Assembly (NCBI GenBank): GCA_031286165.1
Contig: JAITUU010000055.1
Span: 404 to 64,403, forward strand
Length of the DNA stretch: 64,000 bases
Source of the DNA: Bacteroidales bacterium
Lineage (GTDB): Bacteria; Bacteroidota; Bacteroidia; Bacteroidales; UBA1715
Reading direction: 5' to 3'
The notes under the pieces are model-generated. The model saw nothing but the letters and a program-made list of their open reading frames with translations. It had not been told where the DNA came from and searched no databases. This document shows positions 51,028-61,779 of the stretch, piece after piece. The position numbers were made by a program, and so were the translations under genes. Numbering within the stretch: the stretch's first letter is position 1; each line of letters begins with the position of its first letter.

Positions 51028-52158
51028 TTACAACCGTTGTGCCAATTGTTTCACCATGTTGTTTTTCCAAGCAGTAAAGGTGCCTTGCGCTATTTGCGTG
51101 CGGGCTTCGCTTACGAGTGCTATGTAAAACGCCAGATTGTGAATACTCGCAATTTGCGCTCCAAGCATTTCGCCGGCTTGAAACAAGTGGCGCACGTAGG
51201 CTTTACTGTAATCGGTATCTACAAAGCAGTGGGCATCGGCATCGAGGGGCGAAAAATCGTGTTCCCACTTTTTATTTTTTATGTTGATAATGCCCTGCCA
51301 CGTAAAAAGCATACCGTTTCGCCCGTTTCGCGTGGGCATCACGCAGTCGAACATATCGGTGCCCAGCGCAATGGCTTCTAAAATATTTACCGGTGTGCCC
51401 ACTCCCATTAAGTAACGAGGTTTTTCTTCGGGTAAAATTCCGTTCACTATTTCGAGCATGGCGTACATATCCTCCACCGGTTCACCCACGCTCAATCCGC
51501 CTATGGCATTACCTTCGGCATGTTGCGAAGCGATAAATTCCGCCGACTGTGCGCGTAAATCTTTATACACCGACCCTTGCACTATGGGAAAAAACGTTTG
51601 CTCGTAGTCATATACCGGCGCAGTTTGTTTAAAATGCTCCACACCGCGTTTGAGCCACCTATGCGTGAGTTCCATAGATTTTTTTGCGTAATCGTAATCG
51701 CAAGGATAGGGCGTACATTCGTCGAGTGCCATGCAAATATCGGCACCTATAATACGCTGCGTTTCCACCACATTTTCGGGGGTAAACAGGTGGCGCGAAC
51801 CGTCTATATGCGATTTAAACACTGCTCCTTCTTCGTTCAATTTTCTATTGTGCGCCAGCGAAAATACCTGATAGCCGCCGCTGTCGGTTAAAATTGGTTT
51901 ATTCCACGAATTGAATTTGTGCAATCCGCCTGCTTTGTGCAACGTTTCAAGTCCGGGACGAAGATACAAATGATAGGTATTTCCCAGAATTATTTGTGCT
52001 TTAATGTCGTTTTTCAATTCACGAGCATGCACACCTTTCACCGAACCCACCGTGCCCACAGGCATAAATATTGGGGTTTGAATCTTTCCATGTGCCGTAG
52101 TTATGGTTCCGGTGCGAGCCGAAGATTGTGTATCGCGTGCGTGAATTTCAAAAAACAT
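51028..52158 (-). CDS. tgt: Queuine tRNA-ribosyltransferase
   Basis: 376 aa. ARTGTITTAHGKIQTPIFMPVGTVGSVKG...LGNTYHLYLRPG...DSGGYQVFSL is an unmistakable Tgt signature. Confidence 0.95.
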   Translation of the reverse strand: MFFEIHARDTQSSARTGTITTAHGKIQTPIFMPVGTVGSVKGVHARELKNDIKAQIILGNTYHLYLRPGLETLHKAGGLHKFNSWNKPILTDSGGYQVFSLAHNRKLNEEGAVFKSHIDGSRHLFTPENVVETQRIIGADICMALDECTPYPCDYDYAKKSMELTHRWLKRGVEHFKQTAPVYDYEQTFFPIVQGSVYKDLRAQSAEFIASQHAEGNAIGGLSVGEPVEDMYAMLEIVNGILPEEKPRYLMGVGTPVNILEAIALGTDMFDCVMPTRNGRNGMLFTWQGIINIKNKKWEHDFSPLDADAHCFVDTDYSKAYVRHLFQAGEMLGAQIASIHNLAFYIALVSEARTQIAQGTFTAWKNNMVKQLAQRL

Positions 52159-52243
52159 TTTGTTCGTAATTAGTTGTTAGTGATTCGTTGTTAGAAAAAA
52201 ATTGGAACCCAAAAATTAGTGAATTGTCATATTAGCACATTGT

Positions 52244-52876
52244 CTAATTTTCAATCAACTCTCCTATTCCCTGACGGATAATTTCAAAATCGCCCTGCGA
52301 GCAGTCCACCACCGTAGAGGCTGTATTGTTCCCGTAACCGCCGTCCACCACCGCATCTACAAGGTCGGCAAAGGTTTCGAGCAGCAGTTCGGGGTCGGTT
52401 ATATATTCTTCTATGGCATGGTCGCTATCGGTGTGCACCGAAGTAGTGAGTATGGGATTGCCCAATTCCTTCACTATGGCGCGGCAAATATTATTGTTGG
52501 GAATACGGATTCCCACCGTTTTTTTCTTACTTTCAAATAGTTTCGGCACATTGTTGCTGGCATTGAGTATAAAGGTAAACGCGCCGGGCAAATTCCTTCG
52601 CATCAATTTATAGGTGGCATTATCCACCGATTTGGTAAAATCCGACAAATGGCTTAAATCGTAACAAATAAAGGAGAAATTCGCCTTTTCGAGTTTAATT
52701 CCTTTAATGCGGGCAACGCGCTCCACCGCTTTTTTATTGAAAATATCGCAGCCTATGCCATACACCGTGTCGGTGGGATAAATAATCACGCCGCCGGCGC
52801 GGAGAATTTCCACCACTTGCTGCACCTGTCGCTCGTTGGGATTTTCGTTATATAATTTAATGTGTAAACAACTCAT
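52244..52876 (-). CDS. tsaC: L-threonylcarbamoyladenylate synthase (YrdC/TsaC family)
   Basis: 210 aa. AGGVIIYPTDTVYGIGCD...RIKGI... is the YrdC-domain pattern. Confidence 0.85.
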   Translation of the reverse strand: MSCLHIKLYNENPNERQVQQVVEILRAGGVIIYPTDTVYGIGCDIFNKKAVERVARIKGIKLEKANFSFICYDLSHLSDFTKSVDNATYKLMRRNLPGAFTFILNASNNVPKLFESKKKTVGIRIPNNNICRAIVKELGNPILTTSVHTDSDHAIEEYITDPELLLETFADLVDAVVDGGYGNNTASTVVDCSQGDFEIIRQGIGELIEN

Positions 52877-53037
52877 ACTTTGTATTTTTCGCCTGCAAAC
52901 ATACGAATTAATTGAGAGTTGAAAATTGAAAATTAAAAATTAATTCATATTTTTTAGCCATAACTCGTATTCAATGTGCAAAATTGTGTAATTTTGCGCG
53001 ACTAAAATTAACATAAACCTTTAAAAGTAATAACAAA

Positions 53038-53583
53038 ATGAAAATCTTTAAATTTGCAACCCTTTGTGCCGCAGTAGTAAGTATGTCATTATTCGCAAGT
53101 TGCGATAAAAAAAATGACGATGATAGTACGAAAAAACAACCGGAAACAGAAACCCCAACAGGACCGGAAAACCCGGAAACTCCAATAGGACCAGATTTCG
53201 TAGGTAGTTATACCGGTACCACAAGTTATGGTTCTACCTCAGAAGCACATTCTTCGTATCTCACCAAAACCGCAGACGGCACCTATTCATTGAACGTTGC
53301 CGCATTTTCCGTAAAACCAATGGCAATGGCACCAACTATTGCAATGCCGGATTTCACTATAACCGGTATTACTATTGATGATGAAGGAACATTAACAGGA
53401 GGAGTTTTTCCAACCGTAACCGTAACTGTAACAACTAATGCAGGAAATGTTACAGAAGTTGAAGCAGTGGCATCTTTAAAAACCGGTGCTGACGCAGCAA
53501 TTTCAAACGGCAAATTAGAATATACCATACATATTGCCTATACTATGCCTTTGGACTATACATTCTCAGGCACAAAATTATAA
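53038..53583 (+). CDS. Hypothetical lipoprotein
   Basis: Signal and lipobox MKIFKFATLCAAVVSMSLFASC. T/G-rich beta-type sequence. Confidence 0.6.
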   Translation: MKIFKFATLCAAVVSMSLFASCDKKNDDDSTKKQPETETPTGPENPETPIGPDFVGSYTGTTSYGSTSEAHSSYLTKTADGTYSLNVAAFSVKPMAMAPTIAMPDFTITGITIDDEGTLTGGVFPTVTVTVTTNAGNVTEVEAVASLKTGADAAISNGKLEYTIHIAYTMPLDYTFSGTKL

Positions 53584-53600
53584 TAGGAAACCATACCACA

Positions 53601-53634
53601 AAAGCGAGTAATTACCCAATTACTCGCTTTTTTT
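53601..53634 (+). terminator. Terminator after the lipoprotein gene
   Basis: AAAGCGAGTAATT-accc-AATTACTCGCTTT followed by TTTT. Confidence 0.8.
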
Positions 53635-53703
53635 ATGCCTATGCGCACAGTTTTGTTTTTCAGTTTGCAAAAAAAAATGTATTTTTGCGTTTTCAAAATA
53701 ACT

Positions 53704-54966
53704 ATGGCAATGAACAAAACGCTCCCTTTTTCAAAAACACAAATAGAGAACATTATAACGAACTACCCCACCCCTTTTCATATTTACGATGAGGCGGCAA
53801 TGCTGGCAAATGCACAAAAATTCAAGGCTGCTTTTGCGTGGAACGCAGGATTTAAAGAATTTTATGCCGTAAAAGCAAATCCCAATCCGGTACTTATAAA
53901 ACTGCTTGCCAACTGCGATTTCGGCTGCGATTGCAGTTCCTACCCCGAACTCGTGCTTGCCGAAAAAGCAGGTGTTACGGGTGAAAACATTATGTTTACT
54001 TCCAACAACACGGCTGCCTACGAATTTCAAAAAGCCCGTGAATTGGGCGCAATTATCAATTTAGACGATATTAGCCACATAGAATTTTTAGAACAAAGTG
54101 CCGGCTTACCCGATTTGATTTCTTTTCGCTACAACCCCGGCGCACTCAAAGAAGGCAATGCCATAATAGGACACCCCGAAGAAGCAAAATACGGATTGAC
54201 CGAAGCGCAACTCTTTGAAGGCTACAAATTACTGCAACAAAAAGGCGTGCGCCGATTTGGAATTCACACTATGGTGGCATCGAACGAACTGAACGGCGAT
54301 TATTTTGTGGAAACTGCCGATATTATGTTCAATTTGATTATAAAATTACACAAAGAATTGGGCATTCGCTTTGAATTTGTGAATTTGGGCGGCGGTATTG
54401 GTATTCCCTATCGCCCGGAGCAACAGCCGGTGGATATAGCCGCCGTGAGTGCCGGAATTAAACAAAAATACGAAGACCTGATAGAAAAAAACGGACTTGC
54501 GCCGCTTAAATTATATTTTGAATCGGGTCGCTACATAGCCGGACCATACGGTTATTTGGTTACGCGCGTGCAACATTTCAAACACACCTATCGCCACTAT
54601 GCCGGCTTAGACGCAAGTATGCACAACCTTATGCGCCCCGCGCTGTATGGAGCCTATCACCACCTGAGCGTGGTGGGCAAAGAACACGAAGCACACAATA
54701 CCATATACGATGTAACCGGTTCGCTCTGCGAAAACAACGATAAATTTGCCATTCAACGCCCACTGCCAAAACTCGAAATCGGCGACATAGTAGTAATTCA
54801 CGACAGCGGTGCTCACGGTCATTCTATGGGTTTTAATTACAATGCCAAACTGCGTTCGGCAGAACTCCTGCTGCGACCAAACGGCGATGTAGTACAAATT
54901 CGCCGCCCCGAAACCATAGACGATTATTTTGCTACGCTTGATTTTACGCAACTTTCTAAATTCTAA
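53704..54966 (+). CDS. PLP-dependent group IV decarboxylase (diaminopimelate decarboxylase family)
   Basis: ATG at 53704 is preferred. YPTPFHIYDE...FYAVKANPNP...GCDCSSYPEL...GGGIGIPY...GSLCENNDKF match the Orn/DAP/Arg decarboxylase family. Confidence 0.75.
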   Translation: MAMNKTLPFSKTQIENIITNYPTPFHIYDEAAMLANAQKFKAAFAWNAGFKEFYAVKANPNPVLIKLLANCDFGCDCSSYPELVLAEKAGVTGENIMFTSNNTAAYEFQKARELGAIINLDDISHIEFLEQSAGLPDLISFRYNPGALKEGNAIIGHPEEAKYGLTEAQLFEGYKLLQQKGVRRFGIHTMVASNELNGDYFVETADIMFNLIIKLHKELGIRFEFVNLGGGIGIPYRPEQQPVDIAAVSAGIKQKYEDLIEKNGLAPLKLYFESGRYIAGPYGYLVTRVQHFKHTYRHYAGLDASMHNLMRPALYGAYHHLSVVGKEHEAHNTIYDVTGSLCENNDKFAIQRPLPKLEIGDIVVIHDSGAHGHSMGFNYNAKLRSAELLLRPNGDVVQIRRPETIDDYFATLDFTQLSKF

Positions 54967-55000
54967 TAACTAATAATTAATTAACTAACAACTAATAAAT
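54967..55000. repeat. Heptad-type leader in the chromosome (between the decarboxylase gene and pgi)
   Basis: taactaa taattaa ttaacta acaacta ataaat, then ATG. It uses the same word family as the prophage leaders. Confidence 0.7.
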
Positions 55001-56653
55001 ATGTTTCCAACCGTAAATCCTACTCAAACTCAAGCGTGGAAAGCCTTAGAAGCCTATTACGCAACATTTCAAAACACGCAGTTGAAAGACCTTTTTGCAG
55101 GCGATGCACAGCGTTTTTCAAAATTTTCACTTCGTTTTGAAGATATTCTCATAGATTTTTCAAAAAATCGCATAGACGAAAAAGTACTTGCACTTTTGCA
55201 ACAATTAGCCACCGAATGTGGACTTTCGGAAGCAATTAAAGCAGAATTTTCGGGCGAAAAAATCAATAAAACCGAAGCCCGTTCGGTACTCCACATTGCC
55301 CTGCGCAATCGTAGCAATACGCCTATTTTGAGCGATGGGAAAGACGTAATGCTGGGCATTAACGCCGTGCTTGCGCAAATGAAAGATTTTTCGGAGCAAT
55401 TAATTTCCGGCTCTTGGAAAGGTTACACCGGCAAAGCAATTACCGACATAGTAAACATTGGCATTGGCGGTTCCGATTTAGGTCCGCTTATGGTAACAGA
55501 AGCGTTACGCCCGTATAAAAAACCGAACATCAACGCACACTTTGTATCGAATGTCGATGGCACGCACATAGCCGAAACTTTGAAACGAGTAAATCCTGAA
55601 ACAACCTTATTTATTGTAGCCTCGAAAACATTTACCACCCAAGAAACCATGACCAACGCCGAAAGTGCAAAATCGTGGTTTTTGGCAGCAGCGAAAAACG
55701 AGGAATTTGTAAAAAATCACTTCGTAGCACTCAGTACCAACGCCAAAGCAGTTGCCGATTTTGGAATTGACACCAAAAATATGTTTGAATTTTGGGATTG
55801 GGTAGGCGGTCGCTATTCGTTGTGGTCGGCAATCGGGCTTTCTATTGCTTGCACACTCGGTTTCGAGAATTTTGTAGAACTTTTGGAGGGTGCACACGCT
55901 ATGGACAATCACTTCAAATCAACATCGTTCGATAAAAATATTCCTGTAATTCTCGCGCTCATTGGCTTGTGGTACAACAATTTCTACGGTGCCGAAACCG
56001 AAGCAATTCTTCCCTATGACCAATACTTACACCGTTTTTCGGCGTATTTCCAACAAGGAAACATGGAAAGTAACGGAAAATATGTGGACCGTAACGGTAA
56101 AAAAGTGAGTTACCAAACCGGACCAATTCTGTGGGGAGAACCGGGAACAAACGGACAACACGCTTTCTATCAATTAATTCACCAAGGCACAAAACTAATT
56201 CCTTGCGATTTTATGGCTCCGGCAATTTCGCACAATCCAATTTCCGACCATCACCCAAAACTTTTGGCGAACTTTTTTGCACAAACCGAAGCATTGATGA
56301 TGGGAAAAACCGCCGCGCAAGTGCAAGCAGAATTGCAAAAAGCAGGAAAATCACAAGCGGAAATAGACGAACTGTTACCATTTATGGTATTTGAAGGAAA
56401 TATTCCTACCAATTCTATTTTATTCAAAAAACTCACTCCACGCACGTTGGGCGCACTCATAGCCATGTATGAACACAAAATTTTTGTGCAAGGTGTGATT
56501 TGGAACATTTTCAGTTTCGACCAATGGGGAGTGCAGTTGGGTAAACAGTTGGCAAACGTAATTCTACCCGAATTGCAAAACGACCAAGCCGTTACAAGCC
56601 ACGATGTTTCTACCAATGGTTTGATAAACGAATACAAAGCAATGCGCAAATAA
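55001..56653 (+). CDS. pgi: Glucose-6-phosphate isomerase
   Basis: 550 aa. [30 protein letters not shown] and [15 protein letters not shown] are PGI signatures. Confidence 0.95.
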   Translation: MFPTVNPTQTQAWKALEAYYATFQNTQLKDLFAGDAQRFSKFSLRFEDILIDFSKNRIDEKVLALLQQLATECGLSEAIKAEFSGEKINKTEARSVLHIALRNRSNTPILSDGKDVMLGINAVLAQMKDFSEQLISGSWKGYTGKAITDIVNIGIGGSDLGPLMVTEALRPYKKPNINAHFVSNVDGTHIAETLKRVNPETTLFIVASKTFTTQETMTNAESAKSWFLAAAKNEEFVKNHFVALSTNAKAVADFGIDTKNMFEFWDWVGGRYSLWSAIGLSIACTLGFENFVELLEGAHAMDNHFKSTSFDKNIPVILALIGLWYNNFYGAETEAILPYDQYLHRFSAYFQQGNMESNGKYVDRNGKKVSYQTGPILWGEPGTNGQHAFYQLIHQGTKLIPCDFMAPAISHNPISDHHPKLLANFFAQTEALMMGKTAAQVQAELQKAGKSQAEIDELLPFMVFEGNIPTNSILFKKLTPRTLGALIAMYEHKIFVQGVIWNIFSFDQWGVQLGKQLANVILPELQNDQAVTSHDVSTNGLINEYKAMRK

Positions 56654-56679
56654 AACACGCAGTGTTTTTTAGTTTTACA

Positions 56680-56716
56680 AAAAATGGCATTTTCGTAAGA
56701 ATTTGCCATTTTTTTA
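56680..56716 (+). terminator. Terminator after pgi
   Basis: AAAAATGGCA-ttttcgtaagaatt-TGCCATTTTT followed by TT. Confidence 0.65.
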
Positions 56717-56805
56717 TAATTAAATCCTCTGTTTACGAATAATTTACAATTTGTAATTTACAATTTGTAATTAAAGTGTATTTTTGTGGTCAAATTTTTA
56801 GTTGC

Positions 56806-59316
56806 ATGAACACAACACGCCTACGCATACTTTTTGCACTTTGTTTTGTCACACCGTTTTTTTTCACGTTTACCAACTGTGCTCGCGAATCGCGACCTAC
56901 CGGCGGCTTGAAAGATACCACAGCACCGGTGGTGCTGCGCACTCGTCCGCACAATGGCGCAACCAACCAACAAAATTTAAACCGTATTCGCATAGATTTC
57001 AATGAATTTATTGTTCTAAAAAATCCTAGCGAAACCTGCATAATTTCGCCGCCGCTGGCAAAAACACCCAAAATGACCACGCGCCGCCGCACTCTCACTA
57101 TCAATTTAAAAGGTATTGCGCTACGCGATAGCACCACCTACACCCTTACCTTTACCAACAGTATAGCCGATGTGAACGAAGGAAATATTCTCAATCAATT
57201 TATCTACGCATTTTCCACCGGCACTGCCATAGATACCCTGCAAATTGCGGGAAAAGTGATAGATGCCGAAAGCGGTACCGCTTCGCAAACAGCGTTTGTG
57301 CTTTTGCATCGCAATACGGCGAGCGATAGCGCGATTTTTGCGAAAAAACCCGATTATGTAACCCAAGTGCGCAACGATGGTTCGTTTACGCTCTCCAACA
57401 TTGCCGCCGGCGAATACAGAATATATGCGGTGGACAACGATAATCGCGATTTTATGTTCAACGCGCCGAACGAAAAAATTGCCTTCCACGAAGAAATTAT
57501 AAGCCCTCGCGCCGAGCGATATACCGACACCACGTGGTTTCGCCGCGCCGGTGATACCATAGCCGGAAAAGTAGCAGAACGCGACTCATTTTCACTCAAA
57601 GAAAAAACCCGATTTTTACCAAACAACATACAACTCAGCGTATTTACCAACCAAGCGCAAACAATAGATATAATTTCACAAAAACGCTTGACCCGATTTG
57701 CATGGGGCGCGAAATTTTCCACCGCCGTAACGCCGAGCGATTTTTCTCTCACAATTCCTCAATTTTCGCCACAAAGTTATGTAATAGAGCAAGTTGCACC
57801 CGATAGCGTACTCTTGTGGTTGCGCGACACAGCACTCATATCCGCCGGCAATGCAAAAATACTCTTTCAACGCAAGCAACGAGTTCTCGACACCACCCTG
57901 CACACCGATACCTTTCAGTTGAGCGCAATTTCCACCATTCCCGCACGCCTGCAAGCCGTTTCTATACCCGAAAATCCTATCCTTTTCAGCGGCGACAGTT
58001 TACACATAGCAATTTCGCGTCCCATAGCCGTGCTCAACGCCGAAAACCTACAACTCTACTCCTTGCGCGATAGTTTTGCCTTGTGGTCGAGCAAAGGAAC
58101 ACTATTGCAAAAAAATCCCGACGGCAGTTTCTCCGGCGAAGTTATACAACGAATGCCGCAGCCCTTCAAACCAAAATTATTTTACCAAACACAAAAAATC
58201 CTTTCGCAACGATTGGGTACCAACCGCTGCGCACTCTATTTTGCAAAAGTGTTCAATCCTGCCGATATTCGCCTCTCGCTCAAAGCCTATCCCGATTTAC
58301 AAAATTGGTACATCAGCGAATACGATGCCGAAACAAATGCGCTCTTAATATGGTTTACCAACCCCGATGTACGCCTTCTCAAAAATCCGATTCTTGAAGT
58401 TTCCTTTCCCGAAGGCGGAGTGCAGGGAAGTCTTCGCAGTGAAACCGTTTCGTTCAGCACCGTTTTAACTGCAAAAGACCGCTTCAAATCGCTGAAAAAT
58501 GGAAAATTGCACATAGCACTTTCGCAGGCGCAGGAAAAATCGTTTTTCGTGGACAATGCCATAGAAATAGTGTGCAATAATCCCATAACCGCCGTGCACG
58601 ACAGCCTTATCCGCATGGTGGATTTGAAAGACAGCCTCCATACATCTATTATCACTCGCTGCGAAGTAAGCAAATTGGAAGCGCGCAAAGTACTGATTTT
58701 TCACACGGCACAACCGGGAAAAAGTTATCTTATAACTCTCGAAAAAAATGCCTTGACCGATGTGTTTGGCAATACGTCCCGCACCGCAGAACTCAGCATT
58801 TCCGCGCAGGGAGAAACTACGGCACTCTATCACACAAAAGAAAATTTTACGCTTGCACGCAGCGGCGACACCCTACGCAATTTTGCCATACAAGCAGCAT
58901 GGAAGGAAGGGCAAAAATACGCTCTGGTGCTTTCTTCACAAGCAATATTCGATATTTACGGCGATACTGTGGATTCCACCCAACTACTTGCAAGCAGTCC
59001 GCTACTCGAAAACTACGGTTCGCTTGCCGTGCATTTGGCAAATGCCGAAAATATGGTGCTGGAATTGCTGCCTGCAAAAACAAAAGATATAAGCAACGTG
59101 AAATATGTAGCCTACGAAAGAAACGAAAATACCATAGTGTTTTCAAAAATAGAACCGGGTTCATACAATTTACGAGCCTTTATTGACGTAAACAATAACA
59201 GACGATGGGATACCGGAAATTTTCAACAACGCCGAAAAGCCGAAAAACGCATACGCTTTGATGGCGCGATTGAAATAAAAGCCGGACGACAAAGCGATAT
59301 ACAATGGGAAAATTAA
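56806..59316 (+). CDS. Large Ig-like-domain lipoprotein (DUF2141-like C-terminus)
   Basis: ATG at 56806. Signal LFALCFVTPFFFTFTNC. The N-terminal DTTAPVV...P.NGATN pattern is of the SbsA-Ig type. The C-terminal YNLRAFIDVNNNRRWDTGN resembles DUF2141. Confidence 0.55.
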   Translation: MNTTRLRILFALCFVTPFFFTFTNCARESRPTGGLKDTTAPVVLRTRPHNGATNQQNLNRIRIDFNEFIVLKNPSETCIISPPLAKTPKMTTRRRTLTINLKGIALRDSTTYTLTFTNSIADVNEGNILNQFIYAFSTGTAIDTLQIAGKVIDAESGTASQTAFVLLHRNTASDSAIFAKKPDYVTQVRNDGSFTLSNIAAGEYRIYAVDNDNRDFMFNAPNEKIAFHEEIISPRAERYTDTTWFRRAGDTIAGKVAERDSFSLKEKTRFLPNNIQLSVFTNQAQTIDIISQKRLTRFAWGAKFSTAVTPSDFSLTIPQFSPQSYVIEQVAPDSVLLWLRDTALISAGNAKILFQRKQRVLDTTLHTDTFQLSAISTIPARLQAVSIPENPILFSGDSLHIAISRPIAVLNAENLQLYSLRDSFALWSSKGTLLQKNPDGSFSGEVIQRMPQPFKPKLFYQTQKILSQRLGTNRCALYFAKVFNPADIRLSLKAYPDLQNWYISEYDAETNALLIWFTNPDVRLLKNPILEVSFPEGGVQGSLRSETVSFSTVLTAKDRFKSLKNGKLHIALSQAQEKSFFVDNAIEIVCNNPITAVHDSLIRMVDLKDSLHTSIITRCEVSKLEARKVLIFHTAQPGKSYLITLEKNALTDVFGNTSRTAELSISAQGETTALYHTKENFTLARSGDTLRNFAIQAAWKEGQKYALVLSSQAIFDIYGDTVDSTQLLASSPLLENYGSLAVHLANAENMVLELLPAKTKDISNVKYVAYERNENTIVFSKIEPGSYNLRAFIDVNNNRRWDTGNFQQRRKAEKRIRFDGAIEIKAGRQSDIQWEN

Positions 59317-59864
59317 AACGAATATGGATAGTATTATTGATTTTCGTGTGTGCCACCGCTCATGCGCAGGACAATAATATCTTTATTCGTTCCGAAAATA
59401 ATCCCGAACTCAAAGTTACTATCAACGGGTATTTCGGCATCAGCCTTCTTACGCAGTACAATTCCTTCATTCGCTACGCCTTTATTCAAATCAAATCCAC
59501 CGGTGAGCAAAAAATCACCTATTTATCGCGCGAGCAATTTTTGGAACAAGTACAGGGGAAAATGGTATCGAAGGCAAATCCCGACAAAGTGAATTTTTTG
59601 GATTTATACAAAATTGACCCCGAATCATTTGAAAATTTATGGAAATTGCGATACAGCGAATTTCCCTACGATGGCGATGAACGCAGTCGAGAAAAAGGTT
59701 GGGCAGGGCTTGATTTTGCGCCTACTCCCGCGCAGTGGAGTTTTCTTTCGCGCAATTACGGTTTTTCGAGTTTCGACCAACTGCTCTACGGCGAAAATAT
59801 GTGGAAATTGGTGAAAGACAGTCAAGCGCAAGCATGGCAGGCGCAGTACAAAAGTTTGAAATAG
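59304..59864 (+). CDS. Hypothetical secreted protein (186 aa)
   Basis: Signal peptide WIVLLIFVCATAHAQ. Overlaps the upstream gene's end. Confidence 0.5.
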   Translation: MGKLKRIWIVLLIFVCATAHAQDNNIFIRSENNPELKVTINGYFGISLLTQYNSFIRYAFIQIKSTGEQKITYLSREQFLEQVQGKMVSKANPDKVNFLDLYKIDPESFENLWKLRYSEFPYDGDERSREKGWAGLDFAPTPAQWSFLSRNYGFSSFDQLLYGENMWKLVKDSQAQAWQAQYKSLK

Positions 59865-59906
59865 TGTCGATGACAGTTCTAATAGAAAAGAATACCGGTA
59901 TCGTAA

Positions 59907-60326
59907 TTAAAACGTCTGCTCTTTGAGCAAATGTCCTTCGTTATCGTAGAATTTCCACGTGCCAGAAGGTTCGCCGGCGGTAAATTGTGCCTCGTAACTT
60001 TTTGTAGCGTTTTCATTCCAATAGGTTGCTTTTCCATCGAGTACACCATCTTTAAAGTTTTCTTCGAGCATTTTGTCGCCGCTCATGTACCAAAACGTGT
60101 GCAGTCCATCGCGCTCGCCGACAGGGTTGTAGTTAGTTTCCTCCTCTTTTTCGCCATGCGCATACATTCTCACTATTTTGGCAGGAAATGCCGCAGTATC
60201 ATTATTTCGGTAATATTCTATCACAGCAGGATTGCCTTCGGGATGATACATGCTAATGCGTTTTTCCAAATTTTCGCTGCAAGCAGCAAAAAGACATAAA
60301 CAACTGATAATTACAAGATTTCGCAT
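59907..60326 (-). CDS. MORN-variant repeat lipoprotein (YwqK-like)
   Basis: Lipobox ISCLCLFAACS. Repeats of the G..DG....Y..nG type (DGLHTFWYMSGDKMLEENFKDGVLDGKATYWNENG). Confidence 0.55.
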   Translation of the reverse strand: MRNLVIISCLCLFAACSENLEKRISMYHPEGNPAVIEYYRNNDTAAFPAKIVRMYAHGEKEEETNYNPVGERDGLHTFWYMSGDKMLEENFKDGVLDGKATYWNENATKSYEAQFTAGEPSGTWKFYDNEGHLLKEQTF

Positions 60327-60386
60327 ACTAAAAAAGAGTTAAAAATTAAAATTCGCACAAAATTAGTATTATTTTTCAAAAATTAC

Positions 60387-60416
60387 TTGACAAGTATCAA
60401 AACTTTTGTACATTTG
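60387..60416 (+). promoter_or_regulatory. Bacteroidota-type promoter of rplU-rpmA (TTG-N19-TACATTTG)
   Basis: TTG at 60387-60389 and TAcaTTTG at 60409-60416 match the -33 / -7 (TAnnTTTG) consensus, 37 nt before the rplU ATG. Confidence 0.6.
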
Positions 60417-60452
60417 CAGTCCTTTTTAGAGGGCAAATTAAATATAATACAA

Positions 60453-60764
60453 ATGTACGCAATAGTAGAAATAGCAGGACAGCAATTTAAAGTTGCAAAA
60501 GACGATACAATTTTTGTAAATCGTCTCAAAAATAATGAAGGCGAATCAATTCAATTTGATTCAGTACTTTTAATTGATGCCGAAGGCAAAGTATCGGTAG
60601 GAACACCAAACGTTGCGGGAGCAAGTGTTTCGGCGAAAGTTTTAACTCACCTCAAAGGCGATAAAGTTATTATTTTCAAAAAGAAACGCCGCAAAGGCTA
60701 TCGTGTAAAAAACGGATTTCGTCCGTCATTGACACAAATTCAAATAGAAACAATTAAAGCATAA
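60453..60764 (+). CDS. rplU: 50S ribosomal protein L21
   Basis: MYAIVEIAGQQFKV... is the canonical L21 start. The tracked TTG start at 60387 is actually the promoter -33 box. Confidence 0.95.
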   Translation: MYAIVEIAGQQFKVAKDDTIFVNRLKNNEGESIQFDSVLLIDAEGKVSVGTPNVAGASVSAKVLTHLKGDKVIIFKKKRRKGYRVKNGFRPSLTQIQIETIKA

Positions 60765-60783
60765 TTTTTAAAACATATATACC

Positions 60784-61044
60784 ATGGCACACAAGAAAGG
60801 AGTCGGTAGTTCAAAAAACGGTAGAGATTCGGAAAGTAAACGCTTGGGCGTGAAACTTTTTGGTGGTCAAGAGGCGAAAGCCGGAAATATTTTAGTTCGT
60901 CAAAGAGGAACTGTGCACATGCCGGGCGAAAACGTAGGCATAGGCAAAGACCACACATTGTTTGCGCTTGTAAGCGGAACAGTAGCATTCAAAAAGAAAG
61001 TAAACAATAAATCGTATGTATCGGTAATTCCGGCAGAAGCATAA
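60784..61044 (+). CDS. rpmA: 50S ribosomal protein L27
   Basis: [26 protein letters not shown]....[11 protein letters not shown] is the L27 signature. Confidence 0.95.
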   Translation: MAHKKGVGSSKNGRDSESKRLGVKLFGGQEAKAGNILVRQRGTVHMPGENVGIGKDHTLFALVSGTVAFKKKVNNKSYVSVIPAEA

Positions 61045-61068
61045 ATTACTGCGATTTTCACACTGATT

Positions 61069-61103
61069 ACTCCTGATTATTTTGTATAGTCAGGAGTTTT
61101 TTT
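61069..61103 (+). terminator. Terminator after rpmA
   Basis: ACTCCTGA-ttattttgtatag-TCAGGAGT followed by TTTTTT. Confidence 0.75.
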
Positions 61104-61182
61104 GTGTTCATATCTGAGATTCCTGCCTTCGCAGGAATGACGAAATGCTCACCGTAAATAATAACGAAATGCCTTGTTTATT

Positions 61183-61779
61183 TCAAATCAAATTCACCAC
61201 ATCGCGCACGCTACTGTACATTTCCGGTAAGCGTTTTTGAATTTCTTCGCGCGAAAGCCATGCTATTGCTTCGATTCCTTCTTCGGTTTGCGGCGTAAGA
61301 TTTTGTTCTTTGGGCGCAGTCATGCGGTACCAATAGGTTTGTTTGAGCAGCATTTTCCCCTTCAGCAAATAGCAATGCCACGTGTCGCACAAAAATTCTT
61401 CGAGAGCAAGTTCATACACGCCCGTTTCTTCCTGCACCTCGCGTAGGGCGGTTTGTTCTATTGTTTCGCCTTTTTCGGCTTTTCCTTTGGGTAAATCCCA
61501 AAAACCGTTGCGGAAAATAAACAAATACTCGCCATATTGATTTTTCACCACACCGCCGGCAGCCGCTACGCGCTTAAATTCCGCGGCAAACCACGAAAAA
61601 ATATTGGTAAACGAAGGATTGTACAAACGAATTTGAAACTCACGAAACGTGGGCAATTCGCGCAAAACTGCCTTCACGTCGCTTTTATGCACACATTCGT
61701 AGAGCGTTTCCGAAATTTGTGTATTTTTGCAATCACTTACTACTATATAATTTGAATTAAAATAAATTTTACGTTCCAT
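61183..61779 (-). CDS. NUDIX hydrolase
   Basis: Nudix box GKAEKGETIEQTALREVQEETGV. ATG at 61779 is preferred; the tracked longer start would overlap pyrE. Confidence 0.75.
   Translation of the reverse strand: MERKIYFNSNYIVVSDCKNTQISETLYECVHKSDVKAVLRELPTFREFQIRLYNPSFTNIFSWFAAEFKRVAAAGGVVKNQYGEYLFIFRNGFWDLPKGKAEKGETIEQTALREVQEETGVYELALEEFLCDTWHCYLLKGKMLLKQTYWYRMTAPKEQNLTPQTEEGIEAIAWLSREEIQKRLPEMYSSVRDVVNLI

Noticed and set aside
53635-53703. Upstream start (53635) for the decarboxylase gene
   Set aside because: The extension overlaps the terminator T-run of the preceding gene and a TATTTTTG promoter-like box. MAMNKTLPF at 53704 is the plausible start.
60387-60452. N-terminal extension of rplU starting at the TTG at 60387
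   Set aside because: That TTG is the -33 box of a TTG-N19-TACATTTG promoter. The canonical L21 N-terminus MYAIVEIAGQQFKV starts at 60453.
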